Part shown: in pieces, positions 56,238-64,000 of the stretch
How the letters are laid out: every line of letters begins with the position of its first letter
Numbering within the stretch: position 1 is the first letter of the stretch
Translations under genes and position numbers: made by a program
From: Minisyncoccota bacterium
GTDB lineage: Bacteria > Patescibacteriota > Minisyncoccia > Phycocordibacterales > UBA9973
Assembly: GCA_041675085.1 (NCBI GenBank)
Contig: JBAYUN010000001.1
Span: forward strand, 9,829-73,828
Reading direction: 5' to 3'
DNA: 64,000 bases
The notes under the pieces: model-generated
What the model was told of the DNA's origin: nothing
Seen by the model: only the letters and a program-made list of their open reading frames with translations
The model's database searches: none

Positions 56238-57149
56238 ATGGCTGGAACAAAAGAAATTAAAAGAAGAATAAAGAGTGTTAAAAGCACAAAGAAAATCACG
56301 AAAGCGATGGAACTTGTGGCGGCTAGTAAAATGAAGAAAGCAGTCTCTAAGGCTGTGGCTTCTAGAGCCTATGCAAATTATTCTTGGGATTTACTTTCTG
56401 GAGTTTCAGAAAATATTCAAGATTTAAAACATCCTTTCTTTACAGAAAATAAAAAAACTGACAAGGTCTTGTATGTTATCGTGACTTCAAATAGAGGCCT
56501 CTGTGGAGGATATAATTCTCAAGTTTTAAAGAGAGCTATCACTGCTTTCAAAAAAGTTGATGATAAATCTCAAATAGACATTTTGGTTATAGGTAAAAAA
56601 GGAGATAATTCTATGCGCAGACTAGGTATGAAAGTAGCTGCCTCTTTTACAGAATTGCCTGATATTATCGATCTATCAGATATCACTCCTATCTCAACTT
56701 TGATCACATCAGAATACAAATTAGGTAATTATAAAGAAGTCTTTGCAGTCTATACAGAGTACATCTCGGCTTTGTCTCAAAGACCAAAGAGAAAAAAGCT
56801 CTTACCGGTATCGAGATTTGAACTCAAAGAGTCCATAGAATCAGTCGGAGATGCGAAATCAAAAGAAATCTTAAGTTTGAAAATTAAAAAGAATCAGTAT
56901 ATTTTTGAAGGAGATATGAATAGTCTAGTAGAGAGTCTCGCCGAGAAATTAATCAGAATGCAGATTTATCAAACATTACTAGAATCAAATGCCTCAGAAC
57001 AATCCTCTCGTATGATAGCCATGAAAAACGCTGGAGACGCTGCAAGTGAAATGATAGATGACTTGACCCTAGTATTCAACAAAGCCAGACAAGCAAATAT
57101 TACCAGAGAGATAAGTGAGATTAGTGCCGGTATGGCAAGTGTGAGCTAA
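56238..57149 (+). CDS. atpG: F0F1 ATP synthase subunit gamma
   Basis: 303 aa; 'IKRRIKSVKSTKKITKAMELVAASKM' N-terminus; 'ITREISEI' C-terminus. Confidence 0.9.
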   Translation: MAGTKEIKRRIKSVKSTKKITKAMELVAASKMKKAVSKAVASRAYANYSWDLLSGVSENIQDLKHPFFTENKKTDKVLYVIVTSNRGLCGGYNSQVLKRAITAFKKVDDKSQIDILVIGKKGDNSMRRLGMKVAASFTELPDIIDLSDITPISTLITSEYKLGNYKEVFAVYTEYISALSQRPKRKKLLPVSRFELKESIESVGDAKSKEILSLKIKKNQYIFEGDMNSLVESLAEKLIRMQIYQTLLESNASEQSSRMIAMKNAGDAASEMIDDLTLVFNKARQANITREISEISAGMASVS

Positions 57150-57171
57150 AATATTATCAAAACATTATTAA

Positions 57172-58545
<1,374 letters not shown>

Positions 58546-58556
58546 TTATTTCTTAA

Positions 58557-59006
58557 ATGAATTCAAAAAAAATAAAATTAAAAGTTGTGACTCCAGAAAA
58601 AATCATTCTCGATGAGGAGGTTTTGCATGTGAGTGTGCCTACTAAAGAAGGTGAGATAGGTATATTGCCTATGCATATCCCTCTTGTTGCAGACTTGAAG
58701 TCTGGCGATGTGGTAGCTACTAATGAAGAAGGTGATATTCCTGTCGCTATTGTTGGAGGTTTCGTAGAAGTAAAGAATGATGATGAGGGTAATACTGTAG
58801 TTGTTGTCTTGGCTGATTTTGCCGAACATGTCTCTCTACTGACAGACGAAGTTATCGAACGTGCTCGTGCTCGTGCAGAAGAATTAAAGCTCCAAATGGA
58901 GAACAAAGATCATGTGGATTTCGAACATTTTGCAACAGAACTCGAACGCTCAATCACTCGTATTAAAATCGCTGATAAATGGAGAACTAAAAAATATCGT
59001 AAATAA
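58557..59006 (+). CDS. atpC: F0F1 ATP synthase subunit epsilon
   Basis: 149 aa; beta-sandwich plus C-terminal helical hairpin; last gene of the atp operon. Confidence 0.85.
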   Translation: MNSKKIKLKVVTPEKIILDEEVLHVSVPTKEGEIGILPMHIPLVADLKSGDVVATNEEGDIPVAIVGGFVEVKNDDEGNTVVVVLADFAEHVSLLTDEVIERARARAEELKLQMENKDHVDFEHFATELERSITRIKIADKWRTKKYRK

Positions 59007-59046
59007 TTGATTGACAAATTTTATCCATTTGTATATACTTTAGGAT

Positions 59047-59274
59047 ATGGATACAACAATTTTAATTAAAACTAAAAAAGATTTGAAAAATAAAGCTCAA
59101 GAACTGGCAAGTGATTTAGGACTTTCTTTGACTGATGTTGTTAATGCTTCTCTAAGGCAATTTGTTATTAATCAAGGTATTACTATTTCCAAAATTCCCA
59201 CAGAGTCTATAGATACCTATATTAATAAAAAAGAAATTTTATCTGCTTATAAAGAATCTTTGAAAGAGTTTTAA
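59047..59274 (+). CDS. dinJ: type II antitoxin, RelB/DinJ family
   Basis: 75 aa; 'TILIKTKKDLKNKAQELASDLGLSLTDVVNASLRQFV' ribbon-helix-helix pattern. Confidence 0.7.
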   Translation: MDTTILIKTKKDLKNKAQELASDLGLSLTDVVNASLRQFVINQGITISKIPTESIDTYINKKEILSAYKESLKEF

Positions 59275-59280
59275 AATTAT

Positions 59281-59550
59281 ATGATGCTTTTAAAGACAAA
59301 GAATTATAAAAAAAGCATCTCTTCCTTGTATAAAAAAGATATAGTTTTACTTTCCCAACAAGAAAATTTATTAATAAAAGATATCTTTAATTCGAAATTA
59401 CACACAAAGAAATTAAAAGGTTTTGGAAATGATTTAGTTTATTCTTTCAGGATTACTAGAGAATATAGAGGAATATTTCGTTTGTCTGATAATAATATTA
59501 TTTTATTTGCGATAGGTCATCGTAAAGATATTTATCAATCATTAAATTAA
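59281..59550 (+). CDS. yafQ: type II toxin, YafQ/RelE family mRNA interferase
   Basis: 89 aa; 'LKGFGNDLVYSFRITREYRGIFRLSDNNIILFAIGHRKDIY'. Confidence 0.7.
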   Translation: MMLLKTKNYKKSISSLYKKDIVLLSQQENLLIKDIFNSKLHTKKLKGFGNDLVYSFRITREYRGIFRLSDNNIILFAIGHRKDIYQSLN

Positions 59551-59556
59551 AAATAA

Positions 59557-60234
59557 ATGTCTAACTTATACATAGTGGCGACTCCAATAGGCAACATGCA
59601 AGATATAACTTTTCGGGCAGTTGAGACTTTGAAGAGTGTAGATTTGATATTGTGTGAAGATACTCGCGTCACCAAAAATCTTTTAAATAAATACGAGATA
59701 AGTAAGCCGACCATGAGTTATCACGCTCAGAGCAAAATATCTAAATTAGATAAGATTTTAGAATTGTTAGAAGAAGGGAAAGATATAGCCTTGGTCTCTG
59801 ACGCGGGTACACCTGGGATCTCAGACCCTGGTAGTCAGCTTGTAAAAGCCGTATTAGAGCGTTTTCCTAATGAAGTGAGAGTAATTCCTATTCCGGGTGC
59901 AACAGCTCTTATAACGGCTTTATCTGGCTCTGGGCTTGATACTCACGAATTCACTTTTCTAGGATTTTTGCCTCACAAAAAAGGTAGAGAGACTTTGTTC
60001 AAAGAGATGAGTACTGCTAAAAGAACGGTAGTTTTTTATGAATCTCCTCACCGAATAATGAAGACGTTAGAATCCTTGGTAAAATTCTGCCCAGACAAAA
60101 AGGTCTGTGTAGCTAGAGAGTTAACTAAAATCTACGAACAATTTGTGACCAATACGCCAGAAGAAGTTTTAAAATATTTTGAAGAAAACAAAGATAAAGT
60201 CCGAGGAGAATTTGTGGTCTTGGTAGGGAATTAA
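59557..60234 (+). CDS. rsmI: 16S rRNA (cytidine1402-2'-O)-methyltransferase RsmI
   Basis: 225 aa; 'LYIVATPIGNMQDITFRA...LILCEDTRVT'. Confidence 0.9.
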   Translation: MSNLYIVATPIGNMQDITFRAVETLKSVDLILCEDTRVTKNLLNKYEISKPTMSYHAQSKISKLDKILELLEEGKDIALVSDAGTPGISDPGSQLVKAVLERFPNEVRVIPIPGATALITALSGSGLDTHEFTFLGFLPHKKGRETLFKEMSTAKRTVVFYESPHRIMKTLESLVKFCPDKKVCVARELTKIYEQFVTNTPEEVLKYFEENKDKVRGEFVVLVGN

Positions 60235-60269
60235 AAAAGGGCTTCTGAATTTATTCAGAAGCCCTTTTA
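60233..60269. terminator. bidirectional terminator
   Basis: AAAAAAGGGCTTCTGAA-ttta-TTCAGAAGCCCTTTT between convergent genes. Confidence 0.8.
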
Positions 60270-60270
60270 C

Positions 60271-60987
60271 TTAATTTATGCTTTCCAGAGCTTTAATTAT
60301 TTTATTTTCATTCATTCTAAAAGTGTTTCCAGATTCAACACATTTTTTTGAAAAATAATTGATAATTTCATGTATTGGATATAAATAATAGTTATTACAT
60401 TTTGAAATTGACTTTCTTATTGAAACCCAATTACCATAAAAATTTACTTCTTCTAAATCTAACAAGTATTTAAATTTAGATTTTAAAAAAATTTTATTTG
60501 AAAAATAATTCGGAAATGGTGTATTAACATCTACTAATAACTCATTCACCATTCTGTAACAAAATTGATCAGACAAATCAAACAGTACATTTTTTTCTTG
60601 TTCACAAAGGGTGCCATAAAAGTTTTTTATTTCTTTTAAAGAAGCAAGTTTTTCTTTTAAATTTACTGGATTAAGCTCCTTAACATATTCTAAAGATTCT
60701 ATGTTGTATAAAGTCCCTAGTTTAACAAAATTATGAAAAAGATTACTCAAGTTTTTTAAAATTTCCTTATGCAATGTGCCATTTTCGTAAACTCTTTTTA
60801 AGAAATATAAATAAACTATAGCAAATTCAATGGTGTGATTATGAAATCTTTTATTTTCTTCAGAAAATTTTAAAATCTTTATTAAATTTACTTCTAGCAA
60901 TCCAGTGGTTAGAATAGGTAGGTCTTGAAGAGTATTTATTATAATCTCTTCTCCATTTTCGTTTAAAATAGGAAAATTAAAACTCAT
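60271..60987 (-). CDS. hypothetical protein (very AT-rich)
   Basis: 238-aa ORF; Asn/Lys/Phe/Tyr-rich; no motifs. Confidence 0.45.
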   Translation of the reverse strand: MSFNFPILNENGEEIIINTLQDLPILTTGLLEVNLIKILKFSEENKRFHNHTIEFAIVYLYFLKRVYENGTLHKEILKNLSNLFHNFVKLGTLYNIESLEYVKELNPVNLKEKLASLKEIKNFYGTLCEQEKNVLFDLSDQFCYRMVNELLVDVNTPFPNYFSNKIFLKSKFKYLLDLEEVNFYGNWVSIRKSISKCNNYYLYPIHEIINYFSKKCVESGNTFRMNENKIIKALESIN

Positions 60988-61062
60988 TTTTATTTGTTTT
61001 TAAAGGTCAATTAATATTTTATTCATTTTGAATTTAACATTAAATACTGCTTCTGTCAATTA

Positions 61063-63036
61063 TTATAATAAATCTTCAGGGTCTATTTGGATATTGAAAG
61101 TCTCAGGTAGATCCGATAGCTTTTTTGATAATTTTTCATTGAGATTACCTTCGAGTGACAAGCTCGGTAATGACCAGTCTTTTTTCTCTAATTTTAGTAG
61201 AGTATTGGTAATATATTGATTCTTAGATTTTGAGATAAACCCGCCGAAGATCGTCGGATTGTATTCTTTTAAATATTCGGTTAAGAAATCTTTAACCTTT
61301 TTTGTTTCTTCTTTATCTCCGTTATAACTAATTTTAATAAATCTTTTATAGGGTGGATATTCTAATATTTTTCTATCTTGCAATTCTTCTCGTACATAAG
61401 ATAGTAGATTTTTATTCTGGACAGATCGGATGATATCATCTTGTACATTTTTAGTCTCAATGATAAATGTATTTTCAGTTTTATTTATAACGCCGAGTAT
61501 TATCTGAAGTATTTTTTCGCTCATTTTAAAATGCGGTATAGTCCAAAGTCCGTCAAAAGAAGCTATAAGTGATAGATCTACTTTTTCTTTTAAATAAAAT
61601 AAAGCCATCTCCGTACCGACTAGAATAGAACCTTCTCCGCCAGAGGCGGATCCGCCTTTGGCGGAAAATTCTTTAATTATTTTTTCTGCACCAGAGTTAG
61701 TCTTGGCACTTTCTTTATCTAACTTTAATATTTTAGTAGTAGGGAATAGGGAGGTTAATTCTTCGACTACTGTGTCTGTGCCTATGCCGAGCGGAGTCAG
61801 ATCCCAACTACCACAATAGCTACAAGTCATGAGCGGGTTTTTCTCAACTTTGCATTTATTGCAACTAAATATTCTTTTTTGACTTTTCAGAGATGTATAC
61901 AAAACCAAAGGAGCAGAACAAGAGTCGCAAGTGACTTCTGTCTGACAATTGCGACAGACTGTATAAGTAGCGAGCCCTTTTCGGAGTGAAAAAGCAAAAA
62001 CATTTTTCTTTTGAGATAAAGTCTGCTCGATTTCTCTAATGCTTTCTTCATTCAAGATACGCCATTTTTTGCTAGATACTTCTTTTTGAGTATTGTCTTT
62101 TTTTCTTTCTATAATTTTTATATTGCCGTTAAAATTAATTCTAAAAGATAGAGGTTCTAATTCGTTCATATTCTCGAGTTCGCGTCTAGCTACTGTTTCA
62201 AAACGCAAAAAGGTATCGGCAAATATTATTCTGGATTGGATTTTTGATGCATATATTTCAGCATAAACTCTTAGGTCGAAGAATGGTTTGAATATTGTTT
62301 TATAAGCATTACTACTCTCTTTCTCTATGATTATCGTGCCTATGTCATACCTCGGTATAGATAAATACTGAGCTGTGCCTAGGATAAGTATCGGATGATC
62401 TGTATTTAAAGCCTCGTCTATTTTTTTAAGGAGCTTTTTTGGATTGAGTCCGCCGTAGAAAGAGAATATAAAATTCTCAATACCTTTCTGTAAATTTATT
62501 TCAAACTCTTTAATATCTTGCATTGTAGGCAAGACTATAAAGATAGACTTCTTGTTTGCAAAAGAAGCCCTTATGAGAGTTTTATAAGAAGAGAGTCTGT
62601 CTTCGTATGGTGCTTGGAACAATAACTTTTCTGTCTGGATATTTTTATGATTATTATTACTTTCTTTTTTTTCTTTGGTGTAGGTTTTTGTTATGAGATC
62701 ATAATTTTCTTTTATGATTTGAGGAATCAGGTATGAGATAGTCGAGCTTTTATTGTTGGCAAAATACTTGCTAGTCAATAAAGCTGACTCTATGAATTCA
62801 TCTCGAAAGATTGAGAACTCTTTTGCTTCGACAATTTTTTTAATATTAAAATCCATATTCTTAATTTCGGATTTCATGGTGTTGGCGTCAACAGTATAAA
62901 CTACGAGACCAAGCATTTTTTTATTTCTGATAGTAATAGTGACGATACTACCTAGAGGCATGTCTGTAGATGAGAAATATGTTAATTCTTCGGTGAAAGT
63001 ATTCTTTTGTAACGGTATGACCGTCAATATTTGCAT
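61063..63036 (-). CDS. priA: primosomal protein N' (PriA) homologue with degenerate helicase motifs
   Basis: 657 aa; C-terminal Cys4-Cys4 region 'CRNCQTEVTCDSC...CNKCKVEKNPLMTCSYCGS'; canonical Walker A/DExH are replaced ('APYEDRLSSYKT', 'IIIEKESS'). Confidence 0.75.
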   Translation of the reverse strand: MQILTVIPLQKNTFTEELTYFSSTDMPLGSIVTITIRNKKMLGLVVYTVDANTMKSEIKNMDFNIKKIVEAKEFSIFRDEFIESALLTSKYFANNKSSTISYLIPQIIKENYDLITKTYTKEKKESNNNHKNIQTEKLLFQAPYEDRLSSYKTLIRASFANKKSIFIVLPTMQDIKEFEINLQKGIENFIFSFYGGLNPKKLLKKIDEALNTDHPILILGTAQYLSIPRYDIGTIIIEKESSNAYKTIFKPFFDLRVYAEIYASKIQSRIIFADTFLRFETVARRELENMNELEPLSFRINFNGNIKIIERKKDNTQKEVSSKKWRILNEESIREIEQTLSQKKNVFAFSLRKGLATYTVCRNCQTEVTCDSCSAPLVLYTSLKSQKRIFSCNKCKVEKNPLMTCSYCGSWDLTPLGIGTDTVVEELTSLFPTTKILKLDKESAKTNSGAEKIIKEFSAKGGSASGGEGSILVGTEMALFYLKEKVDLSLIASFDGLWTIPHFKMSEKILQIILGVINKTENTFIIETKNVQDDIIRSVQNKNLLSYVREELQDRKILEYPPYKRFIKISYNGDKEETKKVKDFLTEYLKEYNPTIFGGFISKSKNQYITNTLLKLEKKDWSLPSLSLEGNLNEKLSKKLSDLPETFNIQIDPEDLL

Positions 63037-63116
63037 AAAGCTATTATATCATTTTGACCTTAAATTCATCATATCGTCCATTTTTTATTATTAGTTATAT
63101 GTGATATATTAGGTTT

Positions 63117-64000
63117 ATGGGTATTTTTTCAAAAAAGATAGGTATAGATCTCGGTACTGCTAATACGCTGGTTTTTGTGCCTGGGCGTGGTATCGTTTTG
63201 AGTGAGCCTTCTGTTGTATCTGTGTCTCTTCAAGACAATAAAATCTTAGCTATAGGTAAAGAAGCGAAAGACATGATAGGTAAGACTCCTGAAGAAATAA
63301 TAACTTATTGTCCTATGAAAGATGGTGTTATTGCTGACTATCGAGTCACCGAAGCCATGCTCCGATATTTTATAGGTAAAGCTCTCGGTAAATGGAATTT
63401 ATTTAAACCTGATGTTATGGTCTCTGTACCTGCAGGTGTGACTTCGACTGAACGCCGTGCTGTCGTCGAAGCTGCTATCAAAGCTGGTGCTCGCAATGCA
63501 TACGTAGTCAAAGAACCTATTCTCGCTGCTATCGGCGCCGGGATTCCTATTTATGAATCCAAGGGTTATATGGTGGTAGATATTGGCGGAGGGACTACTG
63601 ACGTGGCTGTTATTTCTCTGGGAGGAATAGTGGCTTGTACTTCTGTGAAATGCGCTGGCAATAAGATAGACCTCGCTATAGCCGAATATATCAAGAAAAC
63701 TTTCAATCTAGCGATAGGTGACAAAACTGCTGAAGAAGTCAAAATCAAAATCGGTGCTGCTGTACCACTCGAAGAAGAACTCCGTGTGACTATCAAAGGG
63801 CGCGACTATATCCAAGGACTTCCTCGTAGCGCTCAAGTCGGTACCAACGAAATAGTAAAAGCTATAGACAATGAATTGAAACAAATAATAAAAGCTATCA
63901 AGGACGTCTTGCAAGAAATTCCTCCAGAACTCGCTTCCGACATCATCGACCACGGTATTATTATGACTGGAGGATCTTCATTGCTTCGCAATTTGCCGGA
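63117..64000 (+). CDS. mreB: rod shape-determining protein MreB (3' partial)
   Basis: 'KKIGIDLGTANTLVFV', 'VVDIGGGTTDVAVISLGG', 'GIIMTGGSS'; runs off the window end. Confidence 0.9.
   Translation, partial: MGIFSKKIGIDLGTANTLVFVPGRGIVLSEPSVVSVSLQDNKILAIGKEAKDMIGKTPEEIITYCPMKDGVIADYRVTEAMLRYFIGKALGKWNLFKPDVMVSVPAGVTSTERRAVVEAAIKAGARNAYVVKEPILAAIGAGIPIYESKGYMVVDIGGGTTDVAVISLGGIVACTSVKCAGNKIDLAIAEYIKKTFNLAIGDKTAEEVKIKIGAAVPLEEELRVTIKGRDYIQGLPRSAQVGTNEIVKAIDNELKQIIKAIKDVLQEIPPELASDIIDHGIIMTGGSSLLRNLP

Overview
AT-rich (about one-third G+C by eye), gene-dense bacterial chromosome segment read in the standard code; long housekeeping ORFs are not broken by in-frame TGA, which argues against code 25. 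Most genes lack a Shine-Dalgarno sequence and many have a -10 hexamer just upstream of the ATG, so leaderless mRNAs look common. Proteins are compact and the division cluster is reduced; this fits a small-genome lineage, possibly Patescibacteria/CPR, which is inference only. Housekeeping content: trxB, ftsZ/ftsA, ybeY, rpsU, greA, lysS, mraZ-rsmH-ftsL-ftsI-murF, tRNA-Glu(CTC), tRNA-Ile(GAT), obg, gatB, fba, rplY, rpmE, prfA, an RRM protein, a complete F1Fo ATP synthase operon, rsmI, priA and mreB (partial). Accessory content: (i) at the left end, a three-gene translationally coupled operon that I interpret as an ABC-three-component (ABC-3C)-like conflict system (coiled-coil ABC ATPase, 81-aa middle protein, SMEK-like effector), next to a terminase-small-subunit-like HTH protein and a riboswitch-like structured leader with an intrinsic terminator abutting a start codon; (ii) a Type II R-M pair (C5 cytosine methyltransferase plus putative endonuclease) inserted next to tRNA-Glu; (iii) a carotenoid/isoprenoid cluster (CrtI, CrtB, polyprenyl synthase, UbiA prenyltransferase, GT2, ABC exporter); (iv) a RelB/DinJ-YafQ toxin-antitoxin pair after atpC; (v) an island of five orphan small genes with duplicated terminator-promoter modules; (vi) a duplicated ~100-nt 5' leader with alternative pairing that can occlude the start codon. 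No CRISPR array, rRNA or transposase was seen.
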